From a virus, in the IMG/VR virus record IMGVR_UViG_3300038393_002515: a DNA stretch of 64,000 nucleotides. One strand, 5' to 3'. Below, piece after piece: positions 23,525 to 33,080 of the stretch. Below the pieces are notes generated by a model that saw only the letters and a list, made by a program, of their open reading frames with translations, had not been told where the DNA came from and ran no database searches. Made by a program: the position numbers and the translations under genes. Each line of letters begins with the position of its first letter. The first letter of the stretch is position 1.

Positions 23525-25489
23525 ATGGCCACCACGCGACTCAGCGACACGATGATCACTGCGCTGCTGGACGCGCTCACCCACAGGGGGAGCGACGGCC
23601 GCTATCAGCTTCTCACCCGGGGCGCCACCCGCGCCGCGCTGGAGGCTCGCGGCAAGGTCGAGCGAGAGGACGGCCGCGACAACTACGGACGGCCGCGCAC
23701 GCACCACTACCTCACCGCCGACGCCGTCACCTACCTGCGCAACGCGCTGGAGTACACGCTGAACCAGCGCGGCGAGGACCGTGACCGGGTGTGGCAGGAG
23801 TGGCTGAACGCTGATCGCCGCCACGAGTGGGCCTTGATCGACTTCCTGGGCCTGACGGCCGACACGTACGAGATCACCACCACCACGCCCCAGGAGCGCA
23901 AGCCGCACCGCGAGACCCTCGGCCGCGCGGACGCCTGGGAGCGCATCGGCAACACCCTGCGCAACGGCCAGCGCATCACCCTGGACGACGGCGCCATGAC
24001 GGCACACACCAAGCTGGGTGCCACCTGGACGTTCACGCCGATCCGCCCGGCCGCCGAGGAGGCCCCGGCCGCGCCCGAGCCGCGCCCGGCCGCCGAGGTG
24101 CTCGCCGCCGACCCGATCCCGGCGGACACCTCGGTCCTGGAGGGCATGCCGGGCCAGCCGGTCGGCCGCGAGGGCGTGCCCACCACGGACGCGGTCACGC
24201 ACGAGGCGTACGTGGTCCAGATCCGCAACAGGGACGCGTGGCAGCTCCCCAACCACGACGACGGCGCCCACATGACGCGCGCCAGCGTGATCAGCTCGCT
24301 GGCGTGGGCGCGCCAGGCCGCCCCGGGCCACACGCGGGCCTCGGTCGACACGGACGGCACGGTGTACGTGTCCACGGGCCGCCAGGCCGCCCGCTACATC
24401 CCCGCCTCGCTGCTCGCCGACTACTCCGCCGACACCTGCCCCGGCTGCGGCACCGCGTACGCCACGAACGGCGACGGCCCGTGTGACGGCTGGGCCGCCC
24501 TGCCCTCCCTGCCGGTCGCCGAGGAGGCCGACCCCGAGGCCAAGCCGTGCGAGGGCTGCGGCGCCCCTGCGGGTGAGCCGTGCGAGCCCATGAGCATGTG
24601 CGAGGCCGCCCGCGAGGAGGCCGTGTCGGCGCGGCTCGCCGAGGAGGACGGGGAGCGCGGCATGGTCTACGGGCCGCACCGCATCACCAACACCGGCGAC
24701 GACATCGAACACACGGCCCAGGACGGCGGCAAGTACGGCATCCGTGCGTTCGAATGCACCCGGTGCCACAAGCGCGCCATCCTTGCTGACTTCGAGTACG
24801 GCCGCGTGGAGTGCACCGAGGAGGCCGAGGCCGAGTGGGCCCGCGAGCGCGCTGAGGGGCTGCTCAACGACCACTTCTTCAAGGGCGCCACCGCGTATGA
24901 GGTGGACGTGCCCACCGACGACAAGGGCGGGAGCGTCACCTACACCCACGACCGGGAGACGGCCGCGCGGTTCGTCGCTGCCCTGCTCGGCCTGGGGGCG
25001 ACTCACGGATGGTTCCGTGATGGTCTGCGCCTGACGCACGACGGCAGTGTGAACAAGGTGCGGCCCGTTGTTGCGCGGGTGCAGGAGGACGAGGAGGCCG
25101 AGCCCCTCGACGAGATGGGCACTGATGCCCTCCTGGAGGTGCTGCGCGAGCACGCGGGCGAGCTCCCCGCCGACAGCACGTTCGCCAAGGCGTGGGCGCT
25201 CATGGACCGCATCTTGACCGACGGCGGCATCGAGTGCCTTCCCGCGCCGTGGGACGGCTACGCCGACCAGGCGGAGCCCATCGACCTGCAGGCGCTTCCG
25301 CCCCGCGCCAAGTACGTGACGGTGGGTGAGCTGCAGGTGGGTGACGTGTTCGTGACGCGCTGCGCGTGGATCGTGCGCGCCATCGACGGCGGCACGTTCA
25401 CCGCTGAGCGGTGGGACGGTGAGCAGACGGTGACTCAGACCGTGCCGGAGAGCACGAAGGTTCTGCGGACGCGCCGCGCCCAGGGCTGA
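23525..25489 (+). CDS. large hypothetical protein, N-terminal winged-helix-like module
   Basis: GAAGGAGG-N7-ATG behind promoter copy 7. The N-terminus (TRLSDTMITALLDAL...ARGKV...YLTADA) is paralogous to the next large gene. Confidence 0.65.
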   Translation: MATTRLSDTMITALLDALTHRGSDGRYQLLTRGATRAALEARGKVEREDGRDNYGRPRTHHYLTADAVTYLRNALEYTLNQRGEDRDRVWQEWLNADRRHEWALIDFLGLTADTYEITTTTPQERKPHRETLGRADAWERIGNTLRNGQRITLDDGAMTAHTKLGATWTFTPIRPAAEEAPAAPEPRPAAEVLAADPIPADTSVLEGMPGQPVGREGVPTTDAVTHEAYVVQIRNRDAWQLPNHDDGAHMTRASVISSLAWARQAAPGHTRASVDTDGTVYVSTGRQAARYIPASLLADYSADTCPGCGTAYATNGDGPCDGWAALPSLPVAEEADPEAKPCEGCGAPAGEPCEPMSMCEAAREEAVSARLAEEDGERGMVYGPHRITNTGDDIEHTAQDGGKYGIRAFECTRCHKRAILADFEYGRVECTEEAEAEWARERAEGLLNDHFFKGATAYEVDVPTDDKGGSVTYTHDRETAARFVAALLGLGATHGWFRDGLRLTHDGSVNKVRPVVARVQEDEEAEPLDEMGTDALLEVLREHAGELPADSTFAKAWALMDRILTDGGIECLPAPWDGYADQAEPIDLQALPPRAKYVTVGELQVGDVFVTRCAWIVRAIDGGTFTAERWDGEQTVTQTVPESTKVLRTRRAQG

Positions 25490-25565
25490 CCAGCACGAAC
25501 AGCGGGGGTCGGGAGCAGCACCCCGGCCCCTGCTGTCATGCCCGGGGCCGGTCGGCACAAGGGGC

Positions 25566-25597
25566 TTGACTCATGCATCTATGGATGCGTTAGGGTG
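25566..25597 (+). promoter_or_regulatory. conserved promoter-operator element, copy 8
   Basis: AAGGGGC-TTGACT-c-ATGCATCTATGGATGCGT-TAGGGTG, identical to copy 7. Confidence 0.65.
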
Positions 25598-25637
25598 GGC
25601 CAGTCCCGCCGGACACCACCACCCGAAGGAGCACCAC

Positions 25638-27056
25638 ATGACCACGAAGCTGAAGATCACCAAGACGATGGGCGAGCACCTGGTGCGCGCGCTCGCCAAC
25701 GGCAACCGCGAGGTCGTCGGCGCCCGCACCAACACCGAGCGCGCCATGATCGGTCACGGACTCGTGCGTCACCAGGAGCTGAAGACGCGCGTCACGGACT
25801 CGCATGGTCACCTGGTCCGCTCGCACGGCCTGGTGCTCACCGAGCAGGGTGAGGCCGAGGCCAAGCGCCTGACGGGGCCGACGACCACCGAGGAGCGCGC
25901 GGCGGCCGTCACCCGCGAGGACGTGGCCGAGGGTGTGCGGCTGGCGCTGAACTACCTCGGGTTCGGCGAGCGCCGCCGGGAGGCCGAGCAGGCCCCCGCC
26001 TCCGAGGTGCTGGAGGGTGAGTTCCAGCGGATTCGCCGCGTGATGCGCCGCGCCATGAAGCACAACGGCGCCGAGGCCGCACACCAGGCGCTCAAGCAGT
26101 ACAACCACACCGAGGCGCTGCTGATCGCGGCGCGCCGGTTCGAGGCGGAGGACGCGGCCCAGGAGGCCGCCCAGGAGGGGAGCAAGGTGGAGGAGCAGCA
26201 GGAGCAGGGGGCACCGGTGACCGAGCAGCCCGCCGACCGCATGGCGTGCGGGTGCACGCTGGAGGAGGTCGCCAACAAGCACCGGTCCGGCTGCGGCTTC
26301 AACCGCCGCCCCGGCTACAACCCGTGGGCGCCGTACATGAGCCGCAACAGCGGCCCGTACCGGGACCCGCGCCCGGCGCTGGCCATCTGCTCGGTGCACG
26401 AGGGTGAGCACATGGGTTCGGCTGAGTGCCGTTACCCCTACATTCCGGCGCGCGCCGCCGTCAATGAGCCCGCTGAATTCCGGGGGCTCACCCGCGCCGA
26501 CGTCGCCGAGGAGGCCGCGCGGGCGCTGGAGACGCTGAGCGCCGAGGACCGGGCCACGGTCGAGGGACACGCGCCGTCCGTGATTCTGGGCATGGCGTTC
26601 CGCCGGGCGCAGACGGCCTACTGCGCCGACCGCCGCGAGCGCACCGCCGAGGAGGAGGCCGCTTACGATCGTTGCGCCAACATCGCGAGCGCCGCCCTGA
26701 TCTTCGAGCGGGCCGACGACCCCGAGGCCGCCGCCGCCGCGCGGGCCGATGACTTCCGCATCACGAGCGCCGAGCGCGCCGAGGAGGCCAAGCGCCGCGA
26801 GGAGGCGCACGCGCGGGTGATGGCGGCCCAGTGGCGCGGCGCGCAGCGTCACGGTAAGTACCTGGTGCGCACCGAGGAGGTTGGTCACGGCCTGGTGCGG
26901 GTGTGGGTCCGGGGCCCGGCCACGGAGATCGAGAGCATCGAGCGCGCGTCGGTCGCGTACGCCCGGGGCAACGGTCTGCGCCCGGGAGCGTCCGCCGGGG
27001 GCGGGGAGTTCTTCGAGGGCGACTACATCGCCCAGCGCGCCTACCACCGCGCCTGA
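25638..27056 (+). CDS. large hypothetical protein, N-terminal winged-helix-like module
   Basis: Promoter copy 8 and its leader are nearly identical to copy 7. N-terminus KLKITKTMGEHLVRAL...GHGLV...LVLTEQG. Confidence 0.65.
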   Translation: MTTKLKITKTMGEHLVRALANGNREVVGARTNTERAMIGHGLVRHQELKTRVTDSHGHLVRSHGLVLTEQGEAEAKRLTGPTTTEERAAAVTREDVAEGVRLALNYLGFGERRREAEQAPASEVLEGEFQRIRRVMRRAMKHNGAEAAHQALKQYNHTEALLIAARRFEAEDAAQEAAQEGSKVEEQQEQGAPVTEQPADRMACGCTLEEVANKHRSGCGFNRRPGYNPWAPYMSRNSGPYRDPRPALAICSVHEGEHMGSAECRYPYIPARAAVNEPAEFRGLTRADVAEEAARALETLSAEDRATVEGHAPSVILGMAFRRAQTAYCADRRERTAEEEAAYDRCANIASAALIFERADDPEAAAAARADDFRITSAERAEEAKRREEAHARVMAAQWRGAQRHGKYLVRTEEVGHGLVRVWVRGPATEIESIERASVAYARGNGLRPGASAGGGEFFEGDYIAQRAYHRA

Positions 27057-27089
27057 GCGCCCAGGTCGCAGAGCTGACAGCACCACCAC

Positions 27090-27116
27090 GGGCGCCCCGA
27101 CCCCACCGGGGCGCCC
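27090..27116 (+). terminator. GC hairpin after 25638..27056
   Basis: GGGCGCCCCG-accccac-CGGGGCGCCC. Confidence 0.55.
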
Positions 27117-27184
27117 CCGCACAGACAGAAGACCGAGCACCCCATGACGGTGGTGCGCCGACTGGAGCCGGGGGAGTGGCAGTA

Positions 27185-27499
27185 GTGAGCTGGCTGGAGG
27201 AGTACCGGGCGTACAGGGCGCCGGACAACGTGGAGCAGGCACGCCACCGTAAGGCCATGCGGGGAGTCGCGGTGTACCCCATGGCGCCCGTGCGTGAGGG
27301 GGCGACGCTGGAGGAGTGGGCGGCGTGGCTGGAGGCAGACCAGACCGAGCGCGACTACATGAGCGCGTACAGGGAGAGCGGGTACGGGTTCATGCACCCC
27401 ATCGTGACGGCACTCAGTGAGTACCGGGCGGTGGCCCAGGCGGTGCACGGACGGATGGAGTACACGAACGCCCACCGGGACGAGTGGGGCGACGAGTAG
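27185..27499 (+). CDS. hypothetical protein
   Basis: GGGGGAG-N8-GTG 27185, in frame with ORF 26903..27499; normal composition only from this point. Confidence 0.5.
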   Translation: MSWLEEYRAYRAPDNVEQARHRKAMRGVAVYPMAPVREGATLEEWAAWLEADQTERDYMSAYRESGYGFMHPIVTALSEYRAVAQAVHGRMEYTNAHRDEWGDE

Positions 27500-27515
27500 G
27501 GGCAGGAGCCAGCGA

Positions 27516-27551
27516 ACGGCAGGGGCAGGCACAGGAGCGCGCCCCTGCCGT
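27516..27551 (+). terminator. terminator hairpin
   Basis: ACGGCAGGGGC / GCCCCTGCCGT stem, then TTCGTATG. Confidence 0.55.
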
Positions 27552-27652
27552 TTCGTATGCCTGTGTGCGCATATGTGGCGAGTCGGACACCCCTTGGGAG
27601 GGGGTGAGACCGGGCCGGGCCTGGGCGCTCCGGATTGATTCGGGTAAGGGGC

Positions 27653-27684
27653 TTGACCCATGCATCTATGGATGCGTTAGGGTG
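27653..27684 (+). promoter_or_regulatory. conserved promoter-operator element, copy 9
   Basis: AAGGGGC-TTGACC-c-ATGCATCTATGGATGCGT-TAGGGTG. Confidence 0.65.
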
Positions 27685-27716
27685 AGGCTCCCGCCGTACA
27701 GTGAGGAGCATTGATC

Positions 27717-29096
27717 ATGAGCATCATTCGTTGCACCGACCCGCACGCCGCCGCCGACCAGGGCTACAGCCCCAACAGCTCCGGCCTGGGCGCGGCCTGG
27801 GAGGCGCACCAGGAGGCCGCGCACGAGGAGACGTTCAAGGGCGCGGTGCTGCGCCTGAGGGAGCGCAACGGCTACGACGACAGTGACTTCTACGCCCTGG
27901 TGTGGGACGAGGAGCAGCAGGCGACGCGGGAGATCATGTACGCGACCACGCGCGGGTGGACGTACCACAACGGCGCCGACATCGACGCGACCCGTGAGGT
28001 GATCGGCAAGGCCATCGCATGGGAGACGGAGCAGCGTTTCAAGGAGGCGCAGCGCCGCTACCAGGAGACGCCGCGCAAGGGCTGCACGGCGCGCGCCACG
28101 GAGCGGGGGCAGGTCGTCGAGGGCGTCATCGCGTGGGTGGGTGAGGACAAGCCGCGCTCGCAGTGGGCGGCCCGCTACGGCACCCGTACCGCTCGCTACG
28201 GCATCCGCGTCGAGGGGCGCAGGGGCCTGGTGTTCCGTAACGCCGACGCGGCCGACTTCGAGTTCGACGTGCCCCCGGTGAGCGAGGAGGATGCGGCGGA
28301 GTGGCGGGCCACGTGCGCCCACAACGCGCGGGCCGAGTTCTCCCAGGCGCTGGCGCTGGCCGACAAGCGCGAGCCGCTGCCGGGCCCGGGTGACGTGGTG
28401 GACGCCCAGGAGGCGGACGCGGACGGGTGGCGGCTGTACGCCATCGGCGAGAGCTTCTGCGATGACGAGTGGGCGCAGCGGGTGGCGGTGGCCGTGGTCG
28501 ACGAGGCGGCCGAGTACCGGGTGACGGGGGTGCGCGCCGACGGGCGGCCCATGGCGGTGCGGGAGGCCACGGCGTTCCAGGCGCTGCGGCACGTGTCGCG
28601 GTGGGCGGACGTGGACGGCACGCGGATCATGCACGACGGTGCGGGGGCGGTGCTCATGGTCCGTGAGGACGGCGGGCGGCTGGTGCTGCGGCCGGTGCGC
28701 GCCGGGGAGGGGCCGCAGGAGGGTGTGAGCGGGCCCGTGGGGGCCGAGGAGCAGCGGGAGGGCCAGGAGGGCGCCGACGGCGTCCAGGGGGCCCAGGAGG
28801 ACGTGACGGGGGCCGAGGGTGACCCGGCGTGGGTGGCGCGCCGTGATGTGGCGTGGCGGGCGCTGGGGGACGTGTTGGACGGGGGTGCGGCGCGGTACCG
28901 GCGGGCGGTGCTGGTCGAGGGTTCGGAGGCGCGGGGGGTGTCGGACACGATGCCGACGGAGGCGGCGCGGGTGTACCTGGCGGGGGAGCTGGCCGACGGG
29001 GGCGAGCTGTCCAAGTCGGGCATGGGGGTGCGGCTGGTGTTGACGCGGGCGAACGGGGCGCGGCTGGAGCTGTACCCGGTGCGGGGCGTGGCGTAG
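27717..29096 (+). CDS. hypothetical protein
   Basis: GAGGAG-CATTGATC-ATG behind promoter copy 9. Confidence 0.6.
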   Translation: MSIIRCTDPHAAADQGYSPNSSGLGAAWEAHQEAAHEETFKGAVLRLRERNGYDDSDFYALVWDEEQQATREIMYATTRGWTYHNGADIDATREVIGKAIAWETEQRFKEAQRRYQETPRKGCTARATERGQVVEGVIAWVGEDKPRSQWAARYGTRTARYGIRVEGRRGLVFRNADAADFEFDVPPVSEEDAAEWRATCAHNARAEFSQALALADKREPLPGPGDVVDAQEADADGWRLYAIGESFCDDEWAQRVAVAVVDEAAEYRVTGVRADGRPMAVREATAFQALRHVSRWADVDGTRIMHDGAGAVLMVREDGGRLVLRPVRAGEGPQEGVSGPVGAEEQREGQEGADGVQGAQEDVTGAEGDPAWVARRDVAWRALGDVLDGGAARYRRAVLVEGSEARGVSDTMPTEAARVYLAGELADGGELSKSGMGVRLVLTRANGARLELYPVRGVA

Positions 29097-29190
29097 TTGC
29101 GGATTCCGTGGTGTCCGCCGGTGGGCCGACCGTGCGTTTTCGTTGCGGCGGCCCCTGGTGGGTGCGGATTTCGTTGTTTTGCTGCGCCCT

Positions 29191-29222
29191 CTCCCTCATG
29201 CATCTATGGATGCGTTAGGGTG
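29191..29222 (+). promoter_or_regulatory. conserved promoter-operator element, copy 10 (no -35 hexamer)
   Basis: CTCCCTC-ATGCATCTATGGATGCGT-TAGGGTG. Confidence 0.5.
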
Positions 29223-29253
29223 GACTCCCCGCCAGACACTGAGGAGCATGATC

Positions 29254-30546
29254 ATGAACGCCACCACCGTCGAGACCGTCACGCTGATCTTCGAGATGAC
29301 CCCGTGCGGGCGCTGCGGAGGCACCGGCCAGCACCTGTACAACCAGCGTGACGGCCGCGTGTGCTGGGGCTGCTCCGGCGCCGGTGAGCACCTCTCCCCC
29401 CGGGGCAAGCGCGCCGCCGAGGCCCTCGATGTGGCGATGCGCGAGTCGGCGGGCACCGTGGCCGTCGCCGACATCACGCCCGGCATGCGCATCAAGTGCC
29501 CGGCGCACGGCGGCCTCGACGGCCAGGCGCGCCCCTGGAACTACAAGCCCGCATGGCGCACCGTGGCCTCCGTCGAGATCACCGAGTACACCGGGCGCGG
29601 CCAGGAGGGCGGGTACATCATCGACGTGCCGTGCGTGCGCGCCTCGCTCGTCTTCGAGGACGGCAAGACCTGGACGGCGGAGTCTTCCGACCACCCCGCC
29701 TACTGGGCCAAGGGCGCGTTCCGCACGACCTACAGCGAGCGCTCGTTCTGGCTCGGCGGCGAGGAGGCCCGCGCCGCCCGCATGGAGGTGCGCCGCGCCA
29801 TCGCCCGCCGGTTCGTCGGCGCCTGGCTGGAGGGCGAGGAGCCCCCGGCGCGCCCCGAGCGCAAGCCCCGCACCCCCAAGCCCGCCCAGGAGGCCCCCGC
29901 GCCCAAGCCGCTCGCCTCCAACAGGTTCGCCGGTGACTGCCGCAAGTGCGGCACCCGGGTGGAGGCGGAGCAGGGCGAGCGCGAGCGCGTGGACGGCCGC
30001 TGGGAGGTCCAGCACAAGGCCGGTGAGTGCCAGGAGCGCCCGGCCGCCGAGGAGGCCCAGGAGGCGCCCCAGGGGGCCGCCGCTCCCGCCCAGGAGCGCC
30101 CGGCTCGCCCCGCCATGGTGAACAAGTTCCCCGGCAAGTGCGCGCGCTGCGGTGTGCGGGTGCTGGCCGAGCAGGGCGAGCGGGTGCGCGTGGACGGCGA
30201 GTGGATCACCCGGCACCGTGAGGGCGAGTGCCCCGCCAGCACCACGACCATGATCACCGAGGAGGGCATGTACGCCCGCGAGGGGGAGGTGTACCGGGTC
30301 CGTCGCTCCGAGAGCGGCAACCTCTACGCCGAGCGTCTCACCCCGCCCGCCCACGCGGACGGCGGCGCCACGTTCACGTACGACCCGGCCGCCGTGTACG
30401 CCCTCACCCCCGCCGACCGCATGACGGTGGAGGCGGCCGCCGAGGTGGGCCGACGGCTTCACGCGTGCTGCGTGTGCGGGCAGCGCCTCACCGACCCGGC
30501 GAGCGTGAAGCGGGGGATCGGCCCGGTGTGCCGCAAGCGGGTGTAG
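29254..30546 (+). CDS. multi-Zn-ribbon protein with DUF6011-like C-terminus
   Basis: CGRCGGTG..CWGCSG. Duplicated block N(R/K)F(A/P)G.C.(K/R)CG.RV.AEQGER.RVDG.W..(H/R).(K/R).GEC. C-terminal CVCGQRLTDPASVKRGIGPVCRK. Confidence 0.6.
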   Translation: MNATTVETVTLIFEMTPCGRCGGTGQHLYNQRDGRVCWGCSGAGEHLSPRGKRAAEALDVAMRESAGTVAVADITPGMRIKCPAHGGLDGQARPWNYKPAWRTVASVEITEYTGRGQEGGYIIDVPCVRASLVFEDGKTWTAESSDHPAYWAKGAFRTTYSERSFWLGGEEARAARMEVRRAIARRFVGAWLEGEEPPARPERKPRTPKPAQEAPAPKPLASNRFAGDCRKCGTRVEAEQGERERVDGRWEVQHKAGECQERPAAEEAQEAPQGAAAPAQERPARPAMVNKFPGKCARCGVRVLAEQGERVRVDGEWITRHREGECPASTTTMITEEGMYAREGEVYRVRRSESGNLYAERLTPPAHADGGATFTYDPAAVYALTPADRMTVEAAAEVGRRLHACCVCGQRLTDPASVKRGIGPVCRKRV

Positions 30547-30555
30547 CAGGGCGCG

Positions 30556-30596
30556 CCACGGGGGCCGGGTGGACCGCCACTGCCCGGCCCCCGTGG
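30556..30596 (+). terminator. terminator hairpin
   Basis: 14-bp stem CCACGGGGGCCGGG / CCCGGCCCCCGTGG, then GCGAGTTTCC. Confidence 0.65.
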
Positions 30597-30615
30597 GCGA
30601 GTTTCCGCAACCCGC

Positions 30616-30647
30616 TTGACCCACGCATCTATGGATGCGTTAGGGTG
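30616..30647 (+). promoter_or_regulatory. conserved promoter-operator element, copy 11
   Basis: TTGACC-c-ACGCATCTATGGATGCGT-TAGGGTG. Confidence 0.65.
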
Positions 30648-30677
30648 GACTACCCGCCGTTGATAAGGAGCATGATC

Positions 30678-32129
30678 ATGAACAACCTCGACACCCTCCA
30701 GAGCATCCTCGACGGCTACTACCACGACGGCGCCGACCTGGAGACCCTCGCCGCCCAGGTGAGCCGCCTCGCCGCCGAGACCCGCGCCCCCTCCCTGCTC
30801 GCCGCCGCCGAGGGCTACTACGGCAACACCCTCGACGCCGAGGAGTTCATCGGCCTCGCCGCCAGCGCCCGGCGCGAACTGACCAACCCCCAGCCCCAGG
30901 AGGCCCCCACCATGCCGACCACCCCCGCCCCCGCCGAGGACACCGTGACCCTGCGCATCCCCGGCCGCGTCGCCGCCTTCTTCCAGGACCGCACCCCCGA
31001 CGCGCACGCCAGCCTCGACGCCATGGACCGCGACATTGCCCGCGCCCTGGACACCGCCGAGGAGCGCCGCCACGGCAAGACCGGCACCGTCACCATCATG
31101 ATCACCACCCCCGCCGTCGCCGCCGGATTCCTCGCCACCCTCGCCAACCTCTGCGAGATCGAGTTCGACGCCGACGACGCCGACACCAAGACCGCCACCG
31201 CCGGACTCGCCTACGTCCAGCGCTGCCAGGCCCAGGGCATCACCACCACCATCCCCGACGACTACCGCATGCAGGACCCGGCCGCCCAGGCCGCCCTCGA
31301 CGCCGACCGCGCCCAGGCCGCCCAGGAAGCGCAGCAGCGCGCCGCCCAGCGCGAGGAGAACACCACCCACCGCGCCGCCTGGGAGTCCCTCACCCGCGAG
31401 GAGCGCCAGGAGCGCACCACCGCCCTCCTCGACGCCGCGTGCACCGTGCTCGGCCTCCAGCGCGCCGACCGCCGCAACTGGCTCGACATGGGCAGCGTCG
31501 CCGCCAGCGTCACCGACGGCCGCCTGTACATGGAGGTCCGCCGCCTCGCCGACCCCACCGCCCAGCCCGCCCTCGACGCCGCCCGCAACGCCCTGCAGGC
31601 CGCCGGATGGACCGTGACCGACTGGGGCACCCACTTCTACGCCCAGGCCCCCCAGGAGCCCGCCCAGGGGCCCCAGGAGGCCCGGGAGGTCCTGTTCACC
31701 GACCACCACCGCTGCGAGCACCGCAAGACCGCCAGCGCCGACCACGCCCCCACCTGCCCCGTGTACGACGAGGGCGCCACCGCCGAGCGCTGCACCTGCC
31801 ACTACTCCGACGCCCTGTGCGAGGAGCGCCAGACCACCGCCACCCCCGTCACCGTCGAGTGGACCCACACCGTGCGCGGCCACCGCAACGGCACCGCCCG
31901 GATCGGCTCCACCACCTACCGGATCACCCACATCACCCACGCCAGCCGCAAGCGCGGCGCCCTGGGCGACCACCTCGCCCACACCCCCGCCGCCGACGGC
32001 CGCACGGGCCCCTACGTCGCCCGCACCTGGGGCCTGCCCGACCTGCTCGCCACCCTCGCCCAGCGTGAGGGGATCACCGGCCCCCTCGACGTCCGCGAGA
32101 CCGGCCGCGAGCGCCTCACCCGCCGCTGA
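30678..32129 (+). CDS. hypothetical protein
   Basis: AAGGAG-CATGATC-ATG behind promoter copy 11. Confidence 0.6.
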   Translation: MNNLDTLQSILDGYYHDGADLETLAAQVSRLAAETRAPSLLAAAEGYYGNTLDAEEFIGLAASARRELTNPQPQEAPTMPTTPAPAEDTVTLRIPGRVAAFFQDRTPDAHASLDAMDRDIARALDTAEERRHGKTGTVTIMITTPAVAAGFLATLANLCEIEFDADDADTKTATAGLAYVQRCQAQGITTTIPDDYRMQDPAAQAALDADRAQAAQEAQQRAAQREENTTHRAAWESLTREERQERTTALLDAACTVLGLQRADRRNWLDMGSVAASVTDGRLYMEVRRLADPTAQPALDAARNALQAAGWTVTDWGTHFYAQAPQEPAQGPQEAREVLFTDHHRCEHRKTASADHAPTCPVYDEGATAERCTCHYSDALCEERQTTATPVTVEWTHTVRGHRNGTARIGSTTYRITHITHASRKRGALGDHLAHTPAADGRTGPYVARTWGLPDLLATLAQREGITGPLDVRETGRERLTRR

Positions 32130-32137
32130 CACACCCC

Positions 32138-32166
32138 GGGGCGCTCCCGCCACCCGGGAGCGCCCC
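32138..32166 (+). terminator. cassette-junction hairpin
   Basis: GGGGCGCTCCCG-ccacc-CGGGAGCGCCCC; no U-tract. Confidence 0.5.
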
Positions 32167-32216
32167 ACCCCCGCCGACCACCCGCCAGCACGCCAGACAC
32201 CCCAGGAGCGCCCACC

Positions 32217-32534
32217 ATGACCACCACCGCCCCCGCCGTCCTCACCGCCGGACTCGCCATCACCGACGAGCACACCATCACCCGCATCACCGTCAAGCAC
32301 GGGCACCGCGTCGTCGGCATCGTGGAGGGCAGCGACGAGCGCGGCTACGTGGCTGAGTACTGGTGGCCCGCCGTGAACGCGGACGGCAACTGGTACGGCC
32401 CGTACGAAACCGAGCACTTCCCGCAGACGTTCGACGGCCCCCAGGGCCGCGCCAACGCCCTCGGCTGGCTCTCCGACGTGTTCAACGTCCGCCCCACCGG
32501 CCGCGCCCTGGGAGCGCCCACCCTGACCCGCTGA
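32217..32534 (+). CDS. hypothetical protein (cassette array 1)
   Basis: CCCAGGAGCGCCCACC-ATG junction unit. Confidence 0.55.
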   Translation: MTTTAPAVLTAGLAITDEHTITRITVKHGHRVVGIVEGSDERGYVAEYWWPAVNADGNWYGPYETEHFPQTFDGPQGRANALGWLSDVFNVRPTGRALGAPTLTR

Positions 32535-32546
32535 ACGCCCCGCCAC

Positions 32547-32577
32547 GGCCCGGCCGGACCACAACCCCGGCCGGGCC
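32547..32577 (+). terminator. cassette-junction hairpin
   Basis: GGCCCGGCCGG / CCGGCCGGGCC; no U-tract. Confidence 0.5.
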
Positions 32578-32622
32578 CCCACCGCCCGCCAGCCGCCCGC
32601 ACAGACCCCAGGAGCGCCCGCC

Positions 32623-32982
32623 ATGCCGGTCACCTTCGGAGCCCCCACCGCCCCCACCGCCGACGACGACCAGCCGCGCCCCGTCCCTGTGGAGATCGTC
32701 TGGATGCGCGCCGACGGCAACCGGCTCGGCGGCATGATCCAGCTCGGCCCCCTCCACCCCGCCGACATCGCCGCCGTGGAAGCCACCGGCAAGACCGACC
32801 AGGCCCACATCACCGGCGGACGCCGCCGCACCACCCTGGACGCCTTCAGCGACTACGACCCCGCCGACACCTGGACCCTCACCCGCGCCACCCCCGAGCA
32901 GGCCGCCCGCCACCTCGCCGACTGGCTCGGCCTCACCGGCCGCCCCGTCGCCCTCACCGTCATCGACGAGACCCGCATGTGA
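32623..32982 (+). CDS. hypothetical protein (cassette array 2)
   Basis: CCCAGGAGCGCCCGCC-ATG junction unit. Confidence 0.55.
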   Translation: MPVTFGAPTAPTADDDQPRPVPVEIVWMRADGNRLGGMIQLGPLHPADIAAVEATGKTDQAHITGGRRRTTLDAFSDYDPADTWTLTRATPEQAARHLADWLGLTGRPVALTVIDETRM

Positions 32983-33002
32983 GGCCCTGACAGCCCCCAG
33001 GA

Positions 33003-33033
33003 GCGCCCGGGGCCGCCCCCACGGCCCCGGCGC
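33003..33033 (+). terminator. cassette-junction hairpin
   Basis: GCGCCCGGGGCCG / CGGCCCCGGCGC with a one-nt bulge. Confidence 0.45.
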
Positions 33034-33080
33034 CCACCGACCACCCGCCAGCCCCGCACACACCCCAGGAGCGCCCCGCC

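Noticed and set aside
29097-29190. Apparent iteron-like repeats (TGCGGATTCCGTGGTG / TGCGGATTTCGTTGTT, CCGGTGGGCC / CCTGGTGGGTG) as a replication origin.
   Set aside because: There are only two imperfect copies with irregular spacing. They are more simply T-rich terminator tails after gene 27717..29096.
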